Shown: positions 7,988 through 14,731, counted from the stretch's first letter. The stretch: DNA of 47,150 nucleotides from Candidatus Gastranaerophilales bacterium (GCA_028278605.1 JANQEB010000025.1:1-47150), one strand, 5' to 3'. A program made the numbers and translations. The notes: generated by a model from the sequence alone, not told the origin.

Positions 7988-8095
7988 TTAGCGCCGGGGA
8001 ATTTTTGTTAAAAATAAGGCCCGATCCCCACCCAACCACCCACGGATCATTTTTGCCTGATTAGCTAACTCTTGCACTTGTTTTGCTAATGGCAT
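7988..8095 (-). CDS. Micro-ORF A1 (35 aa, MPLAKQVQELANQAKMIRGWLGGDRALFLTKIPRR)
   Basis: ATG lies 8 nt downstream of GGAGG within AAAGGAGGTGA (8101-8111 on +). The leader is paralogous to the one at 10277-10345. Confidence 0.5.
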   Translation of the reverse strand: MPLAKQVQELANQAKMIRGWLGGDRALFLTKIPRR

Positions 8096-8101
8096 AGGCC
8101 T

Positions 8102-8152
8102 CACCTCCTTTTTGATTTATTTAAGACATAATTCAGAGGGGAGGTGTTTTTT
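8102..8152 (-). promoter_or_regulatory. Hairpin pairing CACCTCC with the micro-ORF A1 Shine-Dalgarno; reads as a terminator-like hairpin plus T6 on the + strand
   Basis: CACCTCC (8102-8108) pairs with GGAGGTG (8140-8146). T6 at 8147-8152. Conserved at 10284-10333. Confidence 0.5.
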
Positions 8153-8185
8153 AAAGCATTATATAATTTTATAAAAATGTATGTC

Positions 8186-8212
8186 TTTTAAAAGAGAGGG
8201 CCGAGAAGGCCC
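8186..8212 (-). terminator. Rho-independent terminator of the lipoprotein gene
   Basis: On the minus strand, GGGCC-ttctc-GGCCC followed by TCTCTTTT, starting 7 nt after the stop codon. Confidence 0.7.
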
Positions 8213-8218
8213 TTAAGA

Positions 8219-8752
8219 TTAATATTTTTTGTAGAAGTCTAGAAAACGTTGTTTGTTTTCTTCTGTTAACTCAGACTCTACAAAGGATTTAGAACCCATT
8301 ATACGGATTTCTGTTTTTTTTGATTCCCCGATTTCACGCAACAATTCTCTTTGTATGTCGTAGTATGCATATTCATAGACTTTGTTGCCAACCATATTCC
8401 TACTGTTGACAGATCCAGTCTCAGTCTTTAAGGCGTATGATTTTCCATCAACTAGTAGGTCCATGGATTCACCTGGTTTGATAAACATCCAATCAAGGTC
8501 TTCATAAACAACAAAAAAACTATAATCATTATGGTTGGTTGTTGTTACAATCTTCACTGCGTTTAGCTCCATTTTCCTAGCAGCTAGCCCAGCGCCTCTA
8601 GCCCAACTTTCACTTCCTGCAAAGTTAAGATAGTTGTTTTCCATAGCATATGAATGGGTACCTTTATACTTATCTTTGCTTTCTCTTACTGAATATGCAT
8701 TGCATCCTACTGCAATTAGCAGGATGCCCACCGTAAAAAATTTAATCATCAA
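8219..8752 (-). CDS. Putative lipoprotein (the only long minus-strand gene)
   Basis: AGGAGG RBS 6 nt upstream of ATG. Signal peptide with lipobox-like LIAVGC. Confidence 0.7.
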   Translation of the reverse strand: MMIKFFTVGILLIAVGCNAYSVRESKDKYKGTHSYAMENNYLNFAGSESWARGAGLAARKMELNAVKIVTTTNHNDYSFFVVYEDLDWMFIKPGESMDLLVDGKSYALKTETGSVNSRNMVGNKVYEYAYYDIQRELLREIGESKKTEIRIMGSKSFVESELTEENKQRFLDFYKKY

Positions 8753-8790
8753 TATCCTCCTGTGTTGACGTAAGAATCCCTTACGCCACA

Positions 8791-8892
8791 GTTAGCACGC
8801 CTCTAGATATTAATCACAGGATCAAATATTTAGAGATCCCCATGACACAAGGGACTCTTACGGACCTGTGATTACTAAGAGACGGTGCTAAC
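8791..8892 (-). promoter_or_regulatory. About 100-nt extended imperfect hairpin in the 5' leader of the lipoprotein gene
   Basis: Arms gttagcacgcctct/agagacggtgctaac, taatcacagg/cctgtgatta (10 bp perfect) and agagatcccc/gggactct. A C-A mismatch on + becomes a G-U pair on the minus RNA. Confidence 0.5.
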
Positions 8893-8902
8893 GTCTAAAC
8901 GT

Positions 8903-8940
8903 ATTATAAGAATGTACTAAAAAAAGCAACAAAAAATTGT
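8903..8940 (-). promoter_or_regulatory. Candidate sigma70-type promoter for the lipoprotein gene
   Basis: On the minus strand, a perfect TATAAT (8903-8908) with a TTGTTG/TTGCTT-like -35 at 15-18 nt spacing. Confidence 0.4.
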
Positions 8941-8994
8941 AGCGAAGGATAAAAAAGTTAATGACATACTGGGACAAGTGTGTATATTAGATAT

Positions 8995-9894
8995 ATGGAA
9001 TTTAAATCATTACTAGAGTTACTCGCCTATTTTAAAGATGAGAGTGTTTGCAAGGAATATTTAGAACGGATGCGATGGGGTGGTACAATCCAATGTCCCC
9101 ATTGCGGTAATCACAAGATTTATAGGACGAATCGAGGTTTTAAATGTGCGGGGTGCTCTAAAAAGTTCTCGGTAACATCAGGCACTATTTTTGAAAATAC
9201 AAAACTACCATTGAAGACTTGGTTCGCAGCTATTTATTTATGCACTGCCCATAAGAAGGGTATCAGTTCAACGCAGCTTCACAGAGATTTAGGTATTAGC
9301 CAAAAAACAGCATGGTTTTTATTGCACAGGATACGACAAATAATGCAAGATGATTCTTCAATCGAAGGTATTGTAGAAGTGGATGAAACTTATGTCGGTG
9401 GCAATATGTTAAATAAGCCAAAGTCTCAAAGGATCAAAAACGCCCAGGGTCGCAGCCTTTCTCATAAGCAGCCGGTTGTGGGGATATTGGGCAGAGACAA
9501 TAAAGTTGTAGCTAAACCTATTCCAGATTCGACAGCGAAGACCTTGAAGCGGGAAATAGCATCCTACGTCAAATCAGGTTCTACGGTTATTACAGACTCC
9601 TGGAAGGGATATAAAAACTTAAACTTGATGTACGACCATCAAGTTGTCGATCACTCTAAAGATGAATTTGTCAAAGGCTCTTATCATATAAATTCTGTAG
9701 AAGGGTTCTTTTCAATGCTCAAAAGAGGTATTATAGGCATTTATCACGCAATTAGTAAAAAGCATTTACACAGATATTGTCATGAATTTTCTTATCGCTA
9801 CAATACCAGAGAAATCAAAGACTGTGAAAGATTCCAGGATGTGTTCTCAAATATCAAATGCAGGCTGACTTACAAGGGCTTGATTCATGAGTAA
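8995..9894 (+). CDS. IS1595-family (ISXO2-like) DDE transposase
   Basis: N-terminal zinc ribbon CPHCG...CAGCSKKFSVTSGTIFENTKLPLKTWF. DDE core VEVDETYVGG...ITDSWKGY...HINSVEGFFSMLKRG...HLHRYCHEFSYRYN. A GTG at 8980 is also possible as start. Confidence 0.9.
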   Translation: MEFKSLLELLAYFKDESVCKEYLERMRWGGTIQCPHCGNHKIYRTNRGFKCAGCSKKFSVTSGTIFENTKLPLKTWFAAIYLCTAHKKGISSTQLHRDLGISQKTAWFLLHRIRQIMQDDSSIEGIVEVDETYVGGNMLNKPKSQRIKNAQGRSLSHKQPVVGILGRDNKVVAKPIPDSTAKTLKREIASYVKSGSTVITDSWKGYKNLNLMYDHQVVDHSKDEFVKGSYHINSVEGFFSMLKRGIIGIYHAISKKHLHRYCHEFSYRYNTREIKDCERFQDVFSNIKCRLTYKGLIHE

Positions 9895-10015
9895 GAAGAA
9901 AAAGAAGATAAAAAAAGTCGAGCGACCGGATAAATATGAAGAAAAACTCAAGCTTGATATGTCTTTTGACGAAGCTATCAAAAAGATGATCAAAAAGAAA
10001 GTAAAGAAAAAATAA
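9887..10015 (+). CDS. Possible 42-aa lysine-rich peptide overlapping the transposase stop
   Basis: ATG 9887 overlaps the transposase 3' end. MSKKKKKIKKVERPDKYEEKLKLDMSFDEAIKKMIKKKVKKK. No clear RBS. Confidence 0.25.
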   Translation: MSKKKKKIKKVERPDKYEEKLKLDMSFDEAIKKMIKKKVKKK

Positions 10016-10037
10016 TTTTACTTTTATATATGTAAGT

Positions 10038-10063
10038 AAAATTAATAATGCCCCGTGAGGGGC
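10038..10063 (-). terminator. Rho-independent terminator of micro-ORF cassette 2
   Basis: On the minus strand, GCCCC-tcac-GGGGC followed by ATTATTAATTTT, 13 nt after the B2 stop. Confidence 0.55.
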
Positions 10064-10076
10064 GCCTTGACCCACC

Positions 10077-10139
10077 CTACCACCCATATGTCATGTTAGT
10101 GTTGGTGGGGTATTCTTGTGAAAAGAAACGATCCATCAT
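10077..10139 (-). CDS. Micro-ORF B2 (20 aa, MMDRFFSQEYPTNTNMTYGW)
   Basis: ATG lies 9 nt downstream of GGAGG within AAAGGAGGTAA. Homologous to B1. Confidence 0.45.
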   Translation of the reverse strand: MMDRFFSQEYPTNTNMTYGW

Positions 10140-10192
10140 TGGGCATTACCTCCTTTTGTTTTGGATTTCCTCTGCTACCACAGGGAAGTTTC

Positions 10193-10276
10193 TTAACCCG
10201 CCCTTCCGCCCACTGCCATCTTAGGCATAAATGAAAAATTCTTGTTTGCATTGGGTGCAAATTTTTCAACAGCCAT
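10193..10276 (-). CDS. Micro-ORF A2 (27 aa, MAVEKFAPNANKNFSFMPKMAVGGRAG)
   Basis: ATG lies 8 nt downstream of GGAGG within AAAGGAGGTAA. Conserved leader and hairpin upstream. Confidence 0.5.
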   Translation of the reverse strand: MAVEKFAPNANKNFSFMPKMAVGGRAG

Positions 10277-10283
10277 TGGCGTT

Positions 10284-10333
10284 ACCTCCTTTTTAAATTA
10301 TTTGAGACATAATGCAAAGGGGAGGTGTTTTTT
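10284..10333 (-). promoter_or_regulatory. Second copy of the Shine-Dalgarno-pairing / terminator-like hairpin
   Basis: ACCTCC (10284-10289) pairs with GGAGGT (10321-10326). T6 at 10328-10333. By hand alignment, 63 of 73 leader positions match copy 1. Confidence 0.5.
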
Positions 10334-10417
10334 AAAGCCTTATATATTTTACAAAATTTATAACCTGTCCCATCTAGTCTATAGTCGCCAACTCGACACA
10401 CTGTCGTACATTTTTGG

Positions 10418-10443
10418 TTGACAATCTAATTCAGTGTTATAAT
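10418..10443 (+). promoter_or_regulatory. Extended -10 promoter of the long rightward operon
   Basis: TGtTATAAT (10435-10443). TTGACA at 10418-10423 is only 14 nt upstream. Palindrome CGACAcacTGTCG lies just upstream. Confidence 0.55.
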
Positions 10444-10457
10444 GTCGCCCATACTTT

Positions 10458-10619
10458 ATGGAAAAGAAAATTAAAACTAAACGGATACATATTAGGATCC
10501 CAGAGGATTTACTAGTTGACCTGCAGAAGATTGCGAAAATCAAGAAACTTAAAGTGTCAACATTGGCGCGATTTTATCTTGACCGAGGAGTCCTCGAAGA
10601 CTTAACCCGCCATTCATGA
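10458..10619 (+). CDS. Ribbon-helix-helix (CopG/Arc-like) DNA-binding protein, 53 aa
   Basis: Not in the ORF track (<60 aa). MEKKIKTKRIHIRIPEDLLVDLQKIAKIKKLKVSTLARFYLDRGV shows a beta-strand plus two-helix RHH pattern. First gene after the promoter. Confidence 0.6.
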   Translation: MEKKIKTKRIHIRIPEDLLVDLQKIAKIKKLKVSTLARFYLDRGVLEDLTRHS

Positions 10620-10768
10620 TAAAGATATTAGATTTTATTAATGATTTAAGAAGCTTTGTTACTGAAGAATGGGTAATAATAGTTGTCGTTTGTTTATTGA
10701 TTGCGATATATTATACTGCATATTTAAAAGCGAAACCGAAGATTCACAATGAAGAAGACGGAGGTTGA
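10616..10768 (+). CDS. Small single-pass membrane protein, 50 aa
   Basis: ATGA overlap with the RHH stop. TM segment WVIIVVVCLLIAIYYTAYL. Confidence 0.45.
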   Translation: MIKILDFINDLRSFVTEEWVIIVVVCLLIAIYYTAYLKAKPKIHNEEDGG

Positions 10769-10770
10769 GA

Positions 10771-11229
10771 ATGAGTATAATATACTGGGTTGTTGGTGTA
10801 TGGGAAGCCATATTCAAGGGGCCATCAAAAACGAGGCTGCCAGAGATCAGGTATTTCAAGAAGAATTATGAAGGCAGATTACAGGAATTGGAGCTTGCAT
10901 TTAAAGACTTGTCTAAAAAGGAGAAGGCATTATTCATGTCTGCACTTAAACAAAAGGACAAACATTTGGAAGCTATGGAGAGAGGTATGGTGAATGCAAG
11001 GAAAAGATTTTCAAGGGCAACGACTGTTTATGACAGCTATGTGCAAAAAGCACAAACGATCTACAACGACTTGAATAATCAGAAAAGAATGATCGAGGGT
11101 AGAGTTGATAAAATATTGAGAGATGTCGCAGATCTTGCTAAAGATATCAAGAATGTCGAGTCAATACATCAAGATTTGTACAAGATTGAGCGTGACCTTG
11201 CTAAAGATTCAAGGGTTTACGCTCATTAA
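10771..11229 (+). CDS. Coiled-coil hypothetical protein
   Basis: ATG lies 7 nt after GGAGG. The track ORF begins 6 nt earlier at a TTG. Confidence 0.5.
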   Translation: MSIIYWVVGVWEAIFKGPSKTRLPEIRYFKKNYEGRLQELELAFKDLSKKEKALFMSALKQKDKHLEAMERGMVNARKRFSRATTVYDSYVQKAQTIYNDLNNQKRMIEGRVDKILRDVADLAKDIKNVESIHQDLYKIERDLAKDSRVYAH

Positions 11230-11242
11230 ATAGGAGCTGAAA

Positions 11243-11701
11243 TTGGATACAGAATTTGAAAGGTTTGATCACTTCCTAAATTTGATAGGGGTTAATAAGA
11301 GGGTTTTGTCTGTGATGATAGGGAAAAACATCACCTATGTTTCCAAGGTACACAAAAACAGGTCTGAACTTCCTAGCTCAATCGTTTCATTCTTAGAGGA
11401 AAGATATTCTTTAAATAGACAATGGCTTACCCATGGCATTGGGCAACCTCTTATCGTGAAAGATCAAACATTGTCTCAGAAAATAGTCCTATGTTTCAAG
11501 TGCACTAATCGGATTTTCTCAAATTTGCTTGTAGTTAGAGGTAATAACTATCATGAGTATTGCTATATTGGTAAGAGGTGTGCATATTGCCGCGAAGTGG
11601 GACCGGTTTATCAGAAAAATTTATGTAAAAAATGCCTAATGTCCAGACTATCAGAAGTTAGGAATATTATGAACGAATCGCACGCATTGGCTACAAGATG
11701 A
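11243..11701 (+). CDS. Phage CI-repressor-like HTH protein with a Cys-rich C-terminus
   Basis: TTG start 7 nt after TAGGAG. HTH segment KRVLSVMIGKNITYVSKVHKN ending in the NRQWLTHGIG signature. Four CxxC-type pairs at the C-terminus. Confidence 0.55.
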   Translation: MDTEFERFDHFLNLIGVNKRVLSVMIGKNITYVSKVHKNRSELPSSIVSFLEERYSLNRQWLTHGIGQPLIVKDQTLSQKIVLCFKCTNRIFSNLLVVRGNNYHEYCYIGKRCAYCREVGPVYQKNLCKKCLMSRLSEVRNIMNESHALATR

Positions 11702-12576
11702 ATATTGTTGAAAAGATAGAATACTATTTGTATCGTTTACGGTGGTGGTTGGGATTCAGAACACACCTTGATATTGAGTTGAACAATGACTGTAATCATA
11801 GGTGCGTGATGTGTTGGTGGGGTGCCCCAGGTGGGCCAGGTTTTGAAAAAGGTCAAATGAAACTTGCACAGGCTGTTAGGTATTTAATTGAAGGCCGAAT
11901 TCATGGTTATGTGTCAGTAAAGTGCAACTTTAGAGGTGAGCCCACCTTGTATAAAGACTTGGTTCATTTTGTTAAGAAGGCTAAGAATTTGGGTTATACA
12001 GATATAATGATGAACTCAAATGGAGTCTTAATGAAAGATAAGTTTGCATCTCTCAGAGATGCGGGGTTAACAACCATAATAATATCTTTGGGTGCGATAG
12101 ACAAGGACGCTTACTCTAAATTGCACAAGGTTAAAGACAAGCATTACTACAGGCTACATGAATCATTAGAATACATGCACGAAAACCAAGGCAATGTCAA
12201 AGTCAAATTAAATTGCCATGAATCAAAAACTAGTGATTTTGACTATTTTTGGATAAAGAGAAAATATCCTAATTTTTTTATAGTTAAACGGCATTTAATG
12301 GAGAGAGAAGGCGAAGACTTGTCTATTCCGATGATTAGAGAAAGAAAAAAGATGTGTCCCCATCTCAAAAGGAGAATGCTAATTACGCAAAACGGGAAGT
12401 TTTATCCATGTTGCATGGCGTATAATGAACCAGATGATATATTGCTTGGCTACAATTTTGAGGATGCTTTAAAGAATAGGAAACAATTAATTAAGGCGTA
12501 TAGAGAAGGTATACTCCTTCCATCATGTGTGAAATGCCCAAGCCAGGATGTATACAAGGTGAAGGTTTCAATATGA
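11698..12576 (+). CDS. Radical SAM enzyme with a SPASM/twitch-like C-terminal domain
   Basis: CNHRCVMC matches CX3CX2C. C-terminus CPHLKRRMLITQNGKFYPC matches CX12GX4C, followed by CVKC. Confidence 0.8.
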   Translation: MNIVEKIEYYLYRLRWWLGFRTHLDIELNNDCNHRCVMCWWGAPGGPGFEKGQMKLAQAVRYLIEGRIHGYVSVKCNFRGEPTLYKDLVHFVKKAKNLGYTDIMMNSNGVLMKDKFASLRDAGLTTIIISLGAIDKDAYSKLHKVKDKHYYRLHESLEYMHENQGNVKVKLNCHESKTSDFDYFWIKRKYPNFFIVKRHLMEREGEDLSIPMIRERKKMCPHLKRRMLITQNGKFYPCCMAYNEPDDILLGYNFEDALKNRKQLIKAYREGILLPSCVKCPSQDVYKVKVSI

Positions 12577-13874
12577 AAACTGCTGTCATTATATGTGTTA
12601 GGTCTGGGAGTAATCGTATTGAAAACAAATTGCTCGCCACTGTGAAGAGTGGTGACTTCCTTCGCTTAACTCTAGAAGAATGTATAGAGAGGGTCTCTGG
12701 CTTTGATGTAATATTAGCCATCCCGGAAGGTGATCCAATACAAGATGCCTTAATTGGGAATTCTAATATTTATGATATATTTACTGGGAATCCAAGCTCG
12801 CCATTGCATAGAATGTGGTACGCGGCCATCGCTAATAGTGTAGATACTATAATAAGGGTTACTGCTGATGATATCTTTGTAGACAGTGAATTGCTTAGAA
12901 AGCAACTAGCTTACCACCATAAGCAGAATAACGATTACACGTATATGGGGAATTGCCCCCAGGGGGTGGCTGCTGAAATAATATCTTTCAAGGCTCTTGA
13001 TAAAATAGCAACTGAGCATGATGAGCCAATTGAATTTACGTCTTATTATTTAAAAAAACCAGGATTTAAGTATAGTGAATATGTTCCACCTAAAGAATAT
13101 CAGCACCGGTTTAGACTTGAGCTGGATTATCCAGAGGACTTAACCCTAATTAGGGTTATTTATTCTTTACTTGGCGATAATTTCGGGACTCTGGATATAA
13201 TAAATTTACTTAAAAGGCACCCTGAGTTAATCGATATTAATAGACTGCCATTGATAACGTTTTACACATGCAACAAGAACTATGGTAAATACATAAGAGA
13301 GTGCATCTTATCAGTAGTTAGCCAGGGTTTGTTTGATCATTCTGAGTACATAATCTTGGATGATAAATCAACCGATGATAGTACGGCTGTAATACTTGAA
13401 ACGATTTCAGGGCTGCCAGAACATCAAAAGTCTCGGATTAGGGTATACAGAAACCCTGAGAACCTGGGCCTTTCTCAGTCTTCAAACAAGTGCCTACATC
13501 TAGCTAAAGGTAGATATGTAATGAGAGTTGATTCTGATGATTACTTACTTCCTGGCGCTGCCAATAGGATGTTAATTAATTTGAAACATGATTTTGGGGG
13601 CATAGTTTCGGGTTACACAAGGGATGGAATGGAATGCAAAGAAAAGCACCTTCATTCAGGATGCGCATTGCTTGAAAAGAGGCTGGCTTTAGAATTGCAG
13701 TATAAAGAAAACCCAGGTTACGGCGCAGCATTTATGAAAAGATTTGAAGAGAAATATAAGGTCGGGTTTATTGAAGAACCTTTATGGCATTATAGAAAAC
13801 ATGCAAATTCAATAAAGGCAAAAAACGGTGACATGACTATGACATCATTAAACCCAGCGGAGGCAGGAAAGTGA
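12573..13874 (+). CDS. Fusion of a cytidylyltransferase (NeuA/SpsF/KdsB-like) with a family-2 glycosyltransferase
   Basis: ATGA overlap start. N-terminus AVIICVRSGSNRIENK...IIRVTADDIFVD. C-terminus ITFYTCNKNYGKYI...ILDDKSTDDS...RVDSDD (DXD). Confidence 0.75.
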   Translation: MKTAVIICVRSGSNRIENKLLATVKSGDFLRLTLEECIERVSGFDVILAIPEGDPIQDALIGNSNIYDIFTGNPSSPLHRMWYAAIANSVDTIIRVTADDIFVDSELLRKQLAYHHKQNNDYTYMGNCPQGVAAEIISFKALDKIATEHDEPIEFTSYYLKKPGFKYSEYVPPKEYQHRFRLELDYPEDLTLIRVIYSLLGDNFGTLDIINLLKRHPELIDINRLPLITFYTCNKNYGKYIRECILSVVSQGLFDHSEYIILDDKSTDDSTAVILETISGLPEHQKSRIRVYRNPENLGLSQSSNKCLHLAKGRYVMRVDSDDYLLPGAANRMLINLKHDFGGIVSGYTRDGMECKEKHLHSGCALLEKRLALELQYKENPGYGAAFMKRFEEKYKVGFIEEPLWHYRKHANSIKAKNGDMTMTSLNPAEAGK

Positions 13875-14731
13875 AAGTAATGATAACAGGAAGTGAAGGA
13901 TTTGTGGGTAAGGCACTCAAACAAAGACTCAAGTCTTTAGACCACGAGGTTATTGATTTTGATTGGAAGGTCTACAGAAATGATTTAGTTGAAGATGTGA
14001 ATATACTAAGCTATAAAATTGGAGAGTCTGGCATGGTTATTCACTCAGCAGCTATAGCAGATTTGAATATTGTAGAAAAGGACCAGGATCAAGCATTCCA
14101 CACTAATGTAGAAGGGACTTATAATGTTGTGAAGTATTGCAGAATGCACGAAAAACCAATGATTTATATTTCAACATGCTGTGTCTATGGGGATGCGCAT
14201 AAAAATAATTATATTGTTCATGAGGGGACAAACCCCGAGCCTATAGAATTTTACGCACGCACAAAATACGCAGCAGAGCCAATTGTCCAAGAGCTAGACA
14301 GGCATGTAATATGTCGGTTAGGGACAGTTTACGGACCAGGAATGAGGCCCGCACTTTTTAACTATAAAATATTGGACTGTGCTTTGAATAATAAAGAATT
14401 TGTAATTAATGGTGATGGGCATCATTCAAGGTTTTATATTTTTATAGACGATTTAGTTGATGCGCTTGTTTCCACAATAACCAAGTTTCCGAATAAAGAA
14501 ATTTTAAATTTGTGCGGAGAAGAGAAAGTCTCTTTGAATAAAGTTTTATCAATAGTGTCAGAAATAACAGGTAAGGATTTAAAATATACACATGGTCCAG
14601 CTAGGCACTTAGGCGATGTAGATGAAAACATGAATAATATAAAAACACAAGAGTTAATTGATTGGATCCCTAAAACCTCATACAAAGAAGGCATGATTAA
14701 AACGAAGGAGCACTTTTGGCCCAATCTGTAA
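13871..14731 (+). CDS. NAD-dependent sugar epimerase/dehydratase (extended SDR)
   Basis: GSEGFVG Rossmann motif and YARTK (YxxxK) catalytic motif. Confidence 0.8.
   Translation: MKVMITGSEGFVGKALKQRLKSLDHEVIDFDWKVYRNDLVEDVNILSYKIGESGMVIHSAAIADLNIVEKDQDQAFHTNVEGTYNVVKYCRMHEKPMIYISTCCVYGDAHKNNYIVHEGTNPEPIEFYARTKYAAEPIVQELDRHVICRLGTVYGPGMRPALFNYKILDCALNNKEFVINGDGHHSRFYIFIDDLVDALVSTITKFPNKEILNLCGEEKVSLNKVLSIVSEITGKDLKYTHGPARHLGDVDENMNNIKTQELIDWIPKTSYKEGMIKTKEHFWPNL

Larger units (their letters stand above)
8960..10045 (+). mobile_element. IS1595-family insertion sequence (ends not determined)
   Basis: The transposase gene is present, but I could not find convincing terminal inverted repeats or a target duplication by eye. 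An 11-bp AT-rich inverted repeat at 10013-10044 may mark the right end. Confidence 0.45.

Noticed and set aside
9854-10087. 77-aa minus-strand ORF over the IS right end
   Set aside because: It is low-complexity F/L-rich, the antisense of a Lys-rich AAG/AAA tract. It has no RBS and reads through the minus-strand terminator hairpin.
10193-10276. Arbitrium-like (AimP) communication peptide, because A2 ends in GGRAG
   Set aside because: There is no N-terminal signal sequence and no AimR-type receptor gene nearby. The C-terminus does not match the xxxRGA pattern, and the G-rich end is explained by the nucleotide motif.
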